From assembly GCA_039028615.1 (NCBI GenBank), contig JBCCHT010000007.1, positions 96,001 to 160,000 of the forward strand: 64,000 bases of DNA. The letters run 5' to 3'. The position numbers and the translations under genes are program-made. The stretch's first letter is position 1. Every line of letters starts with the position of its first letter. Under the pieces are notes generated by a model. It was not told where the DNA came from, made no database searches, and saw nothing but the letters and a program-made list of their open reading frames with translations. This stretch comes from Myxococcota bacterium (GTDB lineage Bacteria > Myxococcota_A > Polyangia > Nannocystales > Nannocystaceae). Below, in pieces: positions 1 to 10,123 of this stretch.

Positions 1-1501
1 GGAAGGCCCAGCCACCCTTCAGCACGGTACACGGGGGCACGGGCATGTCCGGCGTGGCCCCGGTGAAGGTCTCGAAGAGCGTGCAGTCGGGCTCGAGCGA
101 CGCCGTCTCCGGCTCGGCATCGACCACGCACCCGTTGAAGCACGCGCGCTCGCTGACCTCGCCGATCGCGTCGGCGATCTGCTCGAGCGGCGCCGAGTAG
201 TCGTCGGAGCAGATCGAGTGGATGTTGCGCTCTTCGGTGGCGAACGCCTCGGCGAACTGCCGCAGTCGAACCGGGGGGATGCCCGGTGGGCTGTGGACCG
301 TCTCCGTGCCCTGCCCGCAGCCGGGCCCGATGCCGTACTCGAGGTTGAAGTCCTCGAAGGCCGAGTCCTCGTAGATGATCTCGCCGGTGTCGGGGTAGTC
401 GAGCGGCACCCCGGCCAGCAACGCCACCAGCACCTCGCCTTGGCCCCCGTCCATCTGCTTCTGCTCGGAGATGTCGGTGAGCACGTCGATGTAGCGCTGC
501 ACGGGAAAGAGCACCGCCTCGTCTTCATCACTGGTGATCAAGCCGTCGCGGTCTTTGTCGGCCACCACGCAATCGTCGTAGACGCCGGGACCGCCTTCGC
601 AGCTCACCCCCGCCGCCCAGCACACGCCGGACGAGGAGCGGTCGGGGTGGGTCCAGAACACCGAGCCCGCGTCGCTGCTGATCCACGACATGTTGGACTC
701 GCTCATCGAGCAGTCGGCCTCGTCGGTCACGAAGATGACCGCGAGCAAGGCGTCGTCGCGCACGAAGCCCTCGAGGTCATCGAGCAGCGCGTTGCGCATC
801 GCCTCGAGCGGCCGCTCGAAGCCCGGCCCGTTGATCCCCTGCGGACCGATGCACTGGAGCACCTCGGTCATCCCCACGCCCGGCGGCAGGTTGGTCTGTC
901 CGCTGCTCTTTTCGACCCAGGGCTCGGGGATGGTGATGAGATCGATGTCGCAGTTGTCGAGGCAGCCGCGCTGACGCTCGTCGATGGTGCCGAACTGCCA
1001 GGTGAACGTGAACTCGTTCAGGCGCGTGCGACAGCTGGTGGCTCGCAGCCCGCCATCCCCCGCGCTGGTGGTGATGCCGATGCGGTAGTTGGCCCCGACC
1101 TGCTGGTTTTCGAGGACATCGATGAACGACGCGAAGTTCTGTGCCAGCGTGCCCTGCTCACCGCCCATCGAGCCCGAGTTGTCGATGACGAACAAGATGT
1201 CCACCGCTCGACGCAGGCTGATCGCCGCCGTGCACAGGTCCGGCGAGTCGATGCACGAGGGCTCCCCCGTCGACGTGCTCTCGGTCGTATCGGTGAGAGT
1301 GGTGGCCGTCGGATCGGTGTCGCTGCCGGTCGAGTCGGGCAGTCGTCCGCTGTGGCCGGGAGGCACATCGGAATCCACACCACCCGTGGTCGCCGGGCCG
1401 TCTCCCGCCCCGCCCGCGCTCGAGCTGGTCGAGAGGCCCGGAGGCGTACGACCGCAGGCCGCGAGGGCGACGAAAGCTGCCAAAAACGAAGACCGCGACA
1501 T
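1..1501 (-). CDS. vWA-domain Cys-rich lipoprotein (myxobacterial type), partial, runs off window start
   Basis: Not in ORF track because it lacks a stop in the window. Read manually: ATG at 1501 with upstream AGGA; MSRSSFLAAFVALAAC lipobox; Thr/Ser-rich linker; VDILFVIDNSGSM (MIDAS DxSxS); LAVIFVTDEADCS; frame open to position 1. Confidence 0.85.
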   Translation of the reverse strand, partial: MSRSSFLAAFVALAACGRTPPGLSTSSSAGGAGDGPATTGGVDSDVPPGHSGRLPDSTGSDTDPTATTLTDTTESTSTGEPSCIDSPDLCTAAISLRRAVDILFVIDNSGSMGGEQGTLAQNFASFIDVLENQQVGANYRIGITTSAGDGGLRATSCRTRLNEFTFTWQFGTIDERQRGCLDNCDIDLITIPEPWVEKSSGQTNLPPGVGMTEVLQCIGPQGINGPGFERPLEAMRNALLDDLEGFVRDDALLAVIFVTDEADCSMSESNMSWISSDAGSVFWTHPDRSSSGVCWAAGVSCEGGPGVYDDCVVADKDRDGLITSDEDEAVLFPVQRYIDVLTDISEQKQMDGGQGEVLVALLAGVPLDYPDTGEIIYEDSAFEDFNLEYGIGPGCGQGTETVHSPPGIPPVRLRQFAEAFATEERNIHSICSDDYSAPLEQIADAIGEVSERACFNGCVVDAEPETASLEPDCTLFETFTGATPDMPVPPCTVLKGGWAF

Positions 1502-1662
1502 CTAATTCCTACCAAAGGGTATGCTACGAGGTGGCGGTCACCGCCGCAAGCGTCGGACCGCAACGAAGCGCCCCCGGACTCGCAAACGCGCGGCGGCCTC
1601 GCGGCTGGCCGGGTAGGTCTCCACCAGACAACGGGACCCCTCGTGCTATTGGAACAAGTACC

Positions 1663-2154
1663 GTGGCGTGGTCTCGCCGAGCGCGACTTTTGGGGATCTT
1701 GGCCCTCGTGGCCCTGTCCACCCCGTTTGCGTTGGTGATCGAGACCGGCATTCGGCAGCAAATGATGCCACCCGACTTCGAGAAGGTTCGGGCGTGGCTC
1801 AGCCCGGCCCTCACCCCGTGGGCGTGGGGCATGGTGCCGCTGGCCGTGGTGGCCACCGTGGTGGGCTGGGGTATCCGGGGCTGGCTCGTCCGCCGCGGGC
1901 TCCGCAAGGCTCCCGCCGATGCCGATCCGGTCAAGCTCCGCGATCGCCTCTCGCTCGAGAGCGTGATCTTGGCCAGCTCGGCCGCTCAGCTCCCCGCCCT
2001 CGGCGCGACCCTGCTGTTCATGATGGGCGCGCAGCTGCTGCCCGTCGCCGTCACCATGGCCGTCGCCACCCTCGGCGTGTTCTCGCTCGGCATCTGGACC
2101 CGCGACCGCGACGTGCCCGTCGAAGATCGCGGGTCCCTCGAGACCGTAGACTAG
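1663..2154 (+). CDS. hypothetical integral membrane protein (about 4 TM)
   Basis: C-terminal part of ORF 1531..2154 has several hydrophobic helices and GC3-rich codons; start (GTG 1663) uncertain. Confidence 0.65.
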   Translation: MAWSRRARLLGILALVALSTPFALVIETGIRQQMMPPDFEKVRAWLSPALTPWAWGMVPLAVVATVVGWGIRGWLVRRGLRKAPADADPVKLRDRLSLESVILASSAAQLPALGATLLFMMGAQLLPVAVTMAVATLGVFSLGIWTRDRDVPVEDRGSLETVD

Positions 2155-5100
2155 TCGCGCTCGGCGTAGGCCCGCAGCACGCGGAAGGCCCAGTCGTGGC
2201 TCTCGGTGCCCTGGCCGTACTTGGTCATGAAGGTGCGGGCGAACTGCTGGCGCTTTTCGGCCTCGGCTCCGTTGAGCTCGAGCGCGATGAGTCCGGCCAC
2301 CGCCCGCATCGTGCCCGGCAGCGGGAACTCGGGCTGCTCGAAGGTCGGCTCGAGCTTGTCCCATAGCTGCGGGCCATCGCGTCGCGCCAGCGCGTCCATG
2401 ATCTCGATGCTCAGGCGAATGTCGGCCGGCATGTCGGGATGAAGCTCGATGTTCTCGACGACTTCCTTCCACCAGTTGCTGCTCGCCACATCGACGTGGG
2501 GAATGGTCAGCTCGTAGAGCTGATACGTGGCCACCATCCACGCGTCCCAGTTCTCCGGGAGCACCGCCTGCTTCTGCTTCCACAGCGGCATGTACACCGC
2601 ATTGAGTTCATCGGGGATCGGCGTGTTCGGGTCGTCGTAGACCCGCAACAACAGCGCCGCGTGCTCGAGCTCCTCGAGGATGTGCGGGTCGCGACGGTCA
2701 CCGATGCCCCAGGCGGGATAGGGCCGCGGCTCGATCCCCGCCAGCACGGGCAGCAGCGGCCCCGGGCTGAAGCGAATGCGATGCAGGAACTCGGCCGAAG
2801 ACCGCAAGAAGCGCTGCTTCTCCGCCCCGGTATCGAGCAACGGCGCGACGTCGCGGTTGGGCACGCGCTTGGAGATGAACGGATGCAGCAGCTGGCGATT
2901 GGCCACGATGAGCCCGTCGATCTGTGCCGCATCGTGGATCCCCAGCAGCGCGAAGCTCTCCTTCATGCCCTCCCACTCCAGCACGTCGGCGGACAGCTCG
3001 GGGACCGGCCCGTCGGGGGCGCTGAGGATGACCCAGTCGTAGTTGCCCACGCGCACGATGAGGTAGTCCTCGAACTCCTGGTCGATGGCCGACAGAACGC
3101 TCATGAGCAGCTCGTCGGACAGCTCGTAGCCGTGCAGCCACTGGCCGAGCACGCCGCCCGGCTTCAGGTAGCGCTTGACCTCCTGATAGAACTCGACGGT
3201 GAACAGGCTGGAGACGCCGCTCACCCACGGGTTGGTGGGCTCGGAGACGATGAAGTCGTACTTCAGCCCGGCCGAGGCGAAGTAGGCCTTGGCGTCGTCG
3301 TAGATGATCGAGCTGCGCGGGTCCTCGTAGGCGCGATGGTTGACCGCGTTGAACAGGCGAGAGCCCTCGACCATCTGCGGCTCGATCTCCACCGTGTCGA
3401 GCCGGGTGAGGTTGGGCGAGCCCAGCACGGTGTGCACCGTGATCCCCGAGCCGAAGCCGATGATCGCCCCGTCGGTGGCCTCCGGTCGGGCCATCAGCGG
3501 CACAATGCCCACCAGGAACTGGGTGGGCTCGTCGCCCGCGATCTCGGGGCCCAGCTCCGGGTCGCGATCTTCGGGCCAACGATCGAGGATCACCGACGCG
3601 TCCGGTTTTCCGTTGGCGTAGATGACGTGATAGCCCTCGTAGGCCTCGTTGCGGATCACGGTCACCGTGGAGGTGCGCCCGTCGACGTAGTGGAGGATTT
3701 CGTAGCTGTCGGGCAGGTGGATGCGCCCGCTCCGGAACACGGTCGAGGTCAGCACCATGGGGTCGATGTGGATCGAGCTCATGGCCACCGCCACCGTCAG
3801 GACGGTGCCCGCGATGGCCGTGCGCAAGAACGTGCGCACCCGGGCGGTGGCTCGGCCCACCCGCACCTCGTGCAGGATGAGCAGGACCCCCAAGACCATG
3901 TCGAACACGGCCCCCAGGATCACCACGCCCTTGATCCCGATCAGCGGCATGAGCAGCAGGCCCGCCGCCACCGCGCCGCTGATGGCCCCCAGCGTGTTGA
4001 CCCCGTAGACGTTGCCCACCACGCTCTCGGCCTGGCCGCGCTTGAGCATCACGTGGGTCAGCAGCGGCAAGGTCATGCCCGCGCAGAAGGTGGCGGGGAA
4101 CATGATCAGCAGGCACAGCAGGTAGCGCAGGACGTTGAAGACCCGCCACAGGCTCTCGGTCCGCGACAGATCGAGCTGCACGAGGATCAGGTCGCGGGAG
4201 CCCGCGTCGAAGTCCATCAACCAGCCCATCGCCATGATGGCGTACTGGTACAGCGGCAAGGTGAGGATGGCGGCCAGGCCCATGGCCAGCTGCACCACCG
4301 CCAGCACCACCTCCGGGCGCTTCATTCGATCCATGCGCTTGCGGATGAACAAGCCGCCCATCGCCAGGCCGAGGATGAACGCCGACAACATCACCTCGAA
4401 GGAGTGGGTCGCCGACCCCAGCACCATCGAGAGCAGGCGAATCCAGCCGATCTCGTACATGAACGAGGACAGGCCGGTGCCGAAGGCCACCGCCAAAAAC
4501 AGCCACACCAGCGGCCCCCGGCTGGCCTCGCTGGTCTTTTCCTCTTCTTCGCGATGCTCGATGGGCGGCGCGGGTTCTCGATCCCGCAGCGCGATCAACA
4601 TGATGAACACGTTGATCGCGGCCGCGACCATCAGCGTGCCGGGCAGGCCGAGGCGGGCCACCAGCACGAAGCCGGAGAACAGCGCCCCCAGCGACGCGCC
4701 CAGGCTATTGGTGAAGTACAAAAGGCTCAGCACCTCGCCCGAGCGCTCGAGGTCTCGCCTCAGGATCCCCACGCTCATCAGCGGGAAGGTCGTGCCCAGC
4801 ATCACGCACGGCGGAAGGATCAGTGCGGCCGCGACGAGCCACTTGGTCACCGAGACTGCGACTCCGCCGCCCAATGCGGGAAAGAGCACGTCGTAGCTGA
4901 GGCGTACCGCCCCCTCGTGGAGGTAGGGGAACGCGAGTGCGTAGAGTCCTATGCACCCTTCGATCACACCGTAGACCCACACCGGTGAACGCACGCGCTT
5001 GAGGTAGCGACCCGCCAGCAGGGCGCCGGCCGACATCCCGCCCATGAACAGGCTCAGCACCAGGATCTGTGCCGTAGCGGCGCTTCCGACGAAGAGCCGG

Positions 5101-5210
5101 ATGTAGCGCGACCAGAGCGACTCGTAGATGAGGCCGCTGACCCCGGACAAGAAGAACAGCAGCAGCAGTACGCCCCACCGTCGGGTGGGCCGGGGTTGTG
5201 GTTCGCGCAT
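2151..5210 (-). CDS. fused membrane (MFS-like)/spermidine synthase family protein
   Basis: Multi-TM N-half with SGLIYESLWSR and SFMYEIGWIRLL repeats; SAM-binding IIGFGSGIT, VEIEPQM, DDAKAY, YDFIVSEPTNPW motifs of spermidine synthase. Confidence 0.9.
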   Translation of the reverse strand: MREPQPRPTRRWGVLLLLFFLSGVSGLIYESLWSRYIRLFVGSAATAQILVLSLFMGGMSAGALLAGRYLKRVRSPVWVYGVIEGCIGLYALAFPYLHEGAVRLSYDVLFPALGGGVAVSVTKWLVAAALILPPCVMLGTTFPLMSVGILRRDLERSGEVLSLLYFTNSLGASLGALFSGFVLVARLGLPGTLMVAAAINVFIMLIALRDREPAPPIEHREEEEKTSEASRGPLVWLFLAVAFGTGLSSFMYEIGWIRLLSMVLGSATHSFEVMLSAFILGLAMGGLFIRKRMDRMKRPEVVLAVVQLAMGLAAILTLPLYQYAIMAMGWLMDFDAGSRDLILVQLDLSRTESLWRVFNVLRYLLCLLIMFPATFCAGMTLPLLTHVMLKRGQAESVVGNVYGVNTLGAISGAVAAGLLLMPLIGIKGVVILGAVFDMVLGVLLILHEVRVGRATARVRTFLRTAIAGTVLTVAVAMSSIHIDPMVLTSTVFRSGRIHLPDSYEILHYVDGRTSTVTVIRNEAYEGYHVIYANGKPDASVILDRWPEDRDPELGPEIAGDEPTQFLVGIVPLMARPEATDGAIIGFGSGITVHTVLGSPNLTRLDTVEIEPQMVEGSRLFNAVNHRAYEDPRSSIIYDDAKAYFASAGLKYDFIVSEPTNPWVSGVSSLFTVEFYQEVKRYLKPGGVLGQWLHGYELSDELLMSVLSAIDQEFEDYLIVRVGNYDWVILSAPDGPVPELSADVLEWEGMKESFALLGIHDAAQIDGLIVANRQLLHPFISKRVPNRDVAPLLDTGAEKQRFLRSSAEFLHRIRFSPGPLLPVLAGIEPRPYPAWGIGDRRDPHILEELEHAALLLRVYDDPNTPIPDELNAVYMPLWKQKQAVLPENWDAWMVATYQLYELTIPHVDVASSNWWKEVVENIELHPDMPADIRLSIEIMDALARRDGPQLWDKLEPTFEQPEFPLPGTMRAVAGLIALELNGAEAEKRQQFARTFMTKYGQGTESHDWAFRVLRAYAERD

Positions 5211-5280
5211 TGCGGCGCGAAACATAGCGCGGCCCCTGGACGGCCTACCAGTCAAGGGGTGCTATAGTCCCGCGCACGTC

Positions 5281-5595
5281 ATGAAGTACTCCGTGAAGCA
5301 CGGCTTGTCGGAACGATCCCAGGTACGCACCGTCGTCGAGAAGGCATACCTCGCCTACGAGGAGCGCCTGGCCGACTACAAACCCTCCATCCAGTGGGGC
5401 ACGGACGACAAGGCCACAATCGGCTTCAATGTGATGTCGCAGGCCCTCAGCGCCCAAGTCGAGTTCGACGACGACGAGCTGCGCATCGACGGCAAGGTGC
5501 CGTTTCTGTTCAAGCCCTTCCAGAAGAAGATCGAGGACGTCCTCGGTCGCGAGATGGAAAAGTGGCTCGAGAAGGCTCGCAACGGCGAACTCTGA
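5281..5595 (+). CDS. polyhydroxyalkanoic acid system (PHA granule region)-like small protein
   Basis: MKYSVKHGL...LRIDGKVPFLFKPFQKKIEDVL pattern; TGCTATAGT extended -10 upstream. Confidence 0.65.
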   Translation: MKYSVKHGLSERSQVRTVVEKAYLAYEERLADYKPSIQWGTDDKATIGFNVMSQALSAQVEFDDDELRIDGKVPFLFKPFQKKIEDVLGREMEKWLEKARNGEL

Positions 5596-5619
5596 GCGGG
5601 CGCTCCCAACGGCGCCCGC
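5596..5619. terminator. GC-rich hairpin between convergent genes
   Basis: GCGGGCGC-8 nt-GCGCCCGC inverted repeat right after stop 5595; no U-tract. Confidence 0.45.
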
Positions 5620-5640
5620 CCCCGTGTGCGACCGGTCGAC

Positions 5641-6897
5641 TCAGTCGACCTTGCAGATCTCGTCAGTGTCGAACTCCGCTTCGTAGTCGACACCCGGGAT
5701 GTCGAAGCCACGGGTCTTGGCGTACTCCGACATGAACTTGTCGTAGAGCGCGTCGGGGCACTCGTCGCCGACCTTGGCCGCCTCGAATCGCGTGGCGAGC
5801 TGCGACTGGATCTCGTCGGTCAGCTCGCGGTCGTCCATGCGAAGCAACCCTTCGTCGTCGAGGGTCGGCCCCGCCTCGCCGAAGTGCTCCTCGAACATGC
5901 GCTTCATGCTGGCGGCCGGGTCCTCGTGGCCTTCGCCCATCACGTCGAGCAGGTGGGCCAGGTAGAACGAGACCCCCGGGATGCCGCCCGACGCCTCGGT
6001 CACCACCGCCGGACCCTCCACCGCGATGGCCCGCCCCGACACGCGCTCCTGCAGCAGCACGTCGAGCGCCTTGGTGGTGTGCTCGAGGTCGGCCTTGGCC
6101 AGACCGATGAGCCCCTTGCGATAGACCCCCTCGTTGAGCGGGTTGCCGCGGTAGCTGATGGTCAGCAGCGAGAAGCCCTCGGACAGCACGTCGGCGGCCA
6201 GCAGCGTCGACATCCAACGATCGACGATTCCACCGCCCATGACGTAGATGGTGCCGATGGCCTCCTCGGGGGTGCCCGGCTCCACCGTCATCTCGACCAC
6301 GCGCGAGGGCTCGCCCTTGCGATCGTTGCGGCCGGTGAAGGTCTTGATGTTGACCGGGTTGCCCAGCGCACGCAGGGCGCTGTTGACCGCCTTGCCCGTG
6401 CGGGGGTCGAGCGCTCGCGGAGCGGCCAGCGACCAGATGACGCCGTCGATCTTGCCGCCGAAATGCTCTTGGATCTCGGCCACCACCGCGTCGCGCACCG
6501 CCGGGTCGAATGCGTCGCCCTGCACCGTGCGAGCGACGAGGCCTCGCGCCCGGAGCCCGCGCTCGAGCGCGACGTTGCGATGAAAACCGGGCGAGCCGAT
6601 CTTGCGGTTCTTGTTGTTGCTCTCGGGCGAGGGCAGCGCGTCGAGCGAGAGGTTGAGGGTGTTGGCGCCGCGGCACATGCCGAGCACCGCTCGCGCCGCG
6701 CTCCCGAAGCCACCCGAGCCGCCGACGATCAGCCAGTTGCCTCCCGATCCCGGCTTGGGCGCCTCGGCCGGCGCCACCGCCTCGAGCATGGCCTCGGCCG
6801 CGCGCTGAGTCCCGACCGGATGGAAGTTGCCGGGAAAGATCACGTGGCCCATGCCGGCGATGAAGCGATACTGGAACTTCGGGATCGCGAGCTTCAT
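5641..6897 (-). CDS. fabV: trans-2-enoyl-CoA / enoyl-ACP reductase, FabV family
   Basis: LIVGGSGGFGSAAR Rossmann motif, GDAFD, WSLAAP, TIYVMGG, Y-x8-K (YRKGLIGLAK), VVTEASGGIP, GLLRMDDREL. Confidence 0.85.
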   Translation of the reverse strand: MKLAIPKFQYRFIAGMGHVIFPGNFHPVGTQRAAEAMLEAVAPAEAPKPGSGGNWLIVGGSGGFGSAARAVLGMCRGANTLNLSLDALPSPESNNKNRKIGSPGFHRNVALERGLRARGLVARTVQGDAFDPAVRDAVVAEIQEHFGGKIDGVIWSLAAPRALDPRTGKAVNSALRALGNPVNIKTFTGRNDRKGEPSRVVEMTVEPGTPEEAIGTIYVMGGGIVDRWMSTLLAADVLSEGFSLLTISYRGNPLNEGVYRKGLIGLAKADLEHTTKALDVLLQERVSGRAIAVEGPAVVTEASGGIPGVSFYLAHLLDVMGEGHEDPAASMKRMFEEHFGEAGPTLDDEGLLRMDDRELTDEIQSQLATRFEAAKVGDECPDALYDKFMSEYAKTRGFDIPGVDYEAEFDTDEICKVD

Positions 6898-7041
6898 GAC
6901 GAAGCGGGTCGTAACACATCAGCGCGAGAGCCCGCGAGCGGAGCCGCGCAGCCGCCCATGACCGTGGCGACGCTCACGCGCACGCCCCTGCACGCCCGCG
7001 CCCCGTTTGCCTTGTTCCGGTCGCGATGAAACCCTGACCGA

Positions 7042-7446
7042 GTGACCGACACGGGCCTAGAGATCGAGAAGCTCTGGAGTGCGCTCAAAGGCCTCGAAAT
7101 CGGCCTGCTCCCCGAGGAAACGACGGTGCCCACCGTTCGCATCCAGGTCGAGGGCGGGGGCGTGCTCGAAGTGTTCCGCGCCCAGGTCGTGGAGGCCGCG
7201 ATGGTCGCGTGGCGGGTGCGTGGTTTCACCGACGATGGCTCGGTTCGCCTCGCCGTGATCCTGGGGACCCAGGATGGTCGCGCGATGGTGACCGAGCGCG
7301 TCATTCCCGAGCAGGCCAGCACCGTGGTCGCCGGGCTCGTGACGAACTTCGAGACGAGCACGCGGAGCATCAGCGACCTGTCCGAGGCCATCGCCGTCGC
7401 GATTCGCGAGCGCATGGGCGACCCGATTCCGCCCGGCAAGAACTGA
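7042..7446 (+). CDS. hypothetical protein
   Basis: 134-aa ORF with normal composition and GC3 bias filling the gap between fabV and the kinase. Confidence 0.6.
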   Translation: MTDTGLEIEKLWSALKGLEIGLLPEETTVPTVRIQVEGGGVLEVFRAQVVEAAMVAWRVRGFTDDGSVRLAVILGTQDGRAMVTERVIPEQASTVVAGLVTNFETSTRSISDLSEAIAVAIRERMGDPIPPGKN

Positions 7447-7448
7447 GG

Positions 7449-10115
7449 TCACCGTCGCGGCAGCGCGTCCGCGACTCCGTCGCCGTCTTCGTCGACCGGG
7501 GCCGCGCCGTCGAACCAATCGATCTCGGCGACGACCTCCGTCTCGATCCCCGTGGGGTGCACGCTCCGCGTGGGCACGTCGAGCTTCATGACCTCGTGGG
7601 GTCCTTCGCCGCCCGTGGTGAAGAACAAGGTGCGAGCGTCGGCGCCGTAACTCATGGCCGTCAGTCCGGGTGGAGTCACCAGTCGGCCCGTGGTCGCGAG
7701 CACCTCGGCCGACAAGGCCTCGTCGTAGATGCGGACCTCGTCGATCGAGCCGGGGAAGCTCTGTCGACAAACGTCGGTGTCGAGGCCCGAGCGACGACAG
7801 GTGGCGCGACGACCGTTGCCGATGACCAGCGGCACGTCGTTGCCCGGCATCGCGCCCTTCACCGGAGTGCTGGCGGTGAGCGCCCCGTCGACATACATCC
7901 GCAGCATCGCGCCGTCGTAGGTGACCGCCAGCTCGTACCAACGGTCGCGCTCCAGGCCCCGCGGGTGCCGAATCGTCTGGGGACCCGTGCTCGTCGTCAT
8001 GGAGAACGCGGGGCGCATCTCGGCCACGCGAAGCTGGAACGCACCATCGGTCTCGGCTCGGTCCGTCTTCGACATCAGCATCGTGTGCGCGTAGCTCCGC
8101 GAACTCATGTCGTCGACCTCGATGCGGAACCGGGCGGTCATCGTGAACGCGGCGAGCCCCGTCAGCCAAGCCGGCGACCCACACTCGAGCCGTCCGTCGT
8201 CGAGGAAATTGGCGACACGCCCCACCACGCCCTCGTCGGCCTGCTCCTCGTCCTCGATCGTCACCGGTCCGATCACGGTGCACGACGGGGGTGAATCGCC
8301 GAGCCGGGGCGCCTGCCCGTCGAACGACTCGAAGAAGCGCGGGCGATGGAGGGTGCTCTCGACCACGATCGAGCTTCGCACCATGACCGCCAGGTGCTCG
8401 CCCTGCGGGTCCCAGGCCGAGCGCCCGCAGCACTCGGGCGCAAACACGGGCATGGGCTCGAAGCGCCCCGCGTCCACATTGACGAGACCCGGCTGCGGCG
8501 GGATGCGCCCCTCGTTGACCCCCGGACCGTTGCAGCGAGACCCGAGCGCCACCACCGAGCCGTCGCGGGGGTTGATGGAGGGGAACATCAGCACCACCTC
8601 CGGCTGGATGAAGTGGCGTCGCTGCGAAAAGGGCCGCTCGGGCTCGACGCGAAAGAGCGTCTCGGCACAGCCGGGCCCGCGGGAAAAGAGCAGACCCTTG
8701 CCATCCGGTTCCCAGCTCAGCCCGCGGTACTCGTTGTTGCTGAGCGTGTCGGCGATGGTCTCGAAGCCACCGCCGTCGAGGCCGAACGTGTGCAGCCGCG
8801 GGATGCCGTCGTAGTCGCCGTCCGGGGTGCGATCGGACATCACGGCGATCGTGTCCTTGCGGGGGGAGACCATCGCCCCGGAAAACTCGTTCGAGATGCC
8901 ATCGCTGGTGAGCCCTTCGGTCATGCGGACCCGGGCCGAGCCGTCGTCGCGGACCAGCCACACCTCGGCGCGACCGCTGGCGCGGGAGATCGTCGTCAAC
9001 CATCCCCCCTGCGGCTCCGGGGTGGGCTGCACTCGGGCCTCGGCGACGGCGGGAGGCTCGGTCGACAGAGGTTCGGCCGTCGGCAACGCGAGCCACACTC
9101 CGGTCGCCGCCAAGGCGCCCAGCGCCCCCGCGCCCAGCACGGGTCCGAAGCGACGTCCTCGCGTCGGGCCACCGTGCGCCCACCGACGCAACGCCGGCAT
9201 CAGCTCCTCGCGAAGCTCGGCGATGGTCGCATGGCGTTCCTCGGCCTGGCTCGACCACGCCCGCACCAAGGGCTCGCGAAGGGCCAGCGGGAGCAAATCC
9301 GCGGAGTCGTCGTCCAAGGTCCACGGAGGTCGTCCCGTCGCCGCCTCGATCAACGTCACCGCCACCGCGTACACCTCGGAGCGCACGTCGTAGTAGCCCG
9401 CGTGGTGCTCCGGGGCCATGTACGCGGCCGTGCCCGGAGCCGCGCCCGTTCGCGTCAGCTTCTGCTCCGTCTTCACCAGCCCGAAGTCGAGCAGCTTCAC
9501 GTAGGGCGGGGTCGCGGACCAGAACACGTTGGCGGGCTTGATGTCGCGATGCAGCACCGCGGGGTGCAGCGCCGACAGCCCGTCGAACAACCCCTCGGCC
9601 AGGCGTAGCAGCTCGTGGGCGCGAAGCGGCCCGTCACGCAGCCGCTGCGCCAGGTCCATGCCCTCGAGGTGCTCCATCACCATATACGGACGCTCGTTCC
9701 AACGGCCCACGTCGAGCAGTCGCACGATGTTGGGGTGTCGAAGTCCGGCCAGCGCATTGGCCCCATTGACGAAGCGCTGCTCGGCCTCGTCCGCCGAGAG
9801 CAGGAGGATCTTGATCGCCACCTTCAGCGCTGGAACGGCAATATTGTGCGCGGCCCAGACCACCCCGAAGCCACCCGCCCCGAGGCGATGATCGAGTTCG
9901 AAGTTGCCGAGTCGCAGCCCCGGGCAGAGTTCGTCGGGCTCGGCCAGCCCCTCGTGTGCCGACAACGTCGAGCGCGGCGGCGGGATGTCGCCCTCCGCCA
10001 CGTGGGCGAGCAACTTGGCCAGGCCGTTGCGTTCGGCCTCGTCGAGCTCCTGCTCGGATGGCGAGTCGTCGGGCATCGTCCTGGGAAGTCGAGTGCCATC
10101 AGGATACTCTGACAT
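7449..10115 (-). CDS. membrane Ser/Thr protein kinase with periplasmic TolB-like propeller and LamG-like domain
   Basis: LGAGGFGVV, VAIK, HRDIKPAN, DFG, GTAAYMAPE; one TM helix; SPRKDTIAVMS and WEPDGKGLLFS blades; LamG hallmarks WYELAVTYDG...MYVDG and FPGSIDEVRIYDEALS. Start 10115 or 10076. Confidence 0.9.
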   Translation of the reverse strand: MSEYPDGTRLPRTMPDDSPSEQELDEAERNGLAKLLAHVAEGDIPPPRSTLSAHEGLAEPDELCPGLRLGNFELDHRLGAGGFGVVWAAHNIAVPALKVAIKILLLSADEAEQRFVNGANALAGLRHPNIVRLLDVGRWNERPYMVMEHLEGMDLAQRLRDGPLRAHELLRLAEGLFDGLSALHPAVLHRDIKPANVFWSATPPYVKLLDFGLVKTEQKLTRTGAAPGTAAYMAPEHHAGYYDVRSEVYAVAVTLIEAATGRPPWTLDDDSADLLPLALREPLVRAWSSQAEERHATIAELREELMPALRRWAHGGPTRGRRFGPVLGAGALGALAATGVWLALPTAEPLSTEPPAVAEARVQPTPEPQGGWLTTISRASGRAEVWLVRDDGSARVRMTEGLTSDGISNEFSGAMVSPRKDTIAVMSDRTPDGDYDGIPRLHTFGLDGGGFETIADTLSNNEYRGLSWEPDGKGLLFSRGPGCAETLFRVEPERPFSQRRHFIQPEVVLMFPSINPRDGSVVALGSRCNGPGVNEGRIPPQPGLVNVDAGRFEPMPVFAPECCGRSAWDPQGEHLAVMVRSSIVVESTLHRPRFFESFDGQAPRLGDSPPSCTVIGPVTIEDEEQADEGVVGRVANFLDDGRLECGSPAWLTGLAAFTMTARFRIEVDDMSSRSYAHTMLMSKTDRAETDGAFQLRVAEMRPAFSMTTSTGPQTIRHPRGLERDRWYELAVTYDGAMLRMYVDGALTASTPVKGAMPGNDVPLVIGNGRRATCRRSGLDTDVCRQSFPGSIDEVRIYDEALSAEVLATTGRLVTPPGLTAMSYGADARTLFFTTGGEGPHEVMKLDVPTRSVHPTGIETEVVAEIDWFDGAAPVDEDGDGVADALPRR

Positions 10116-10123
10116 CGACCCCG

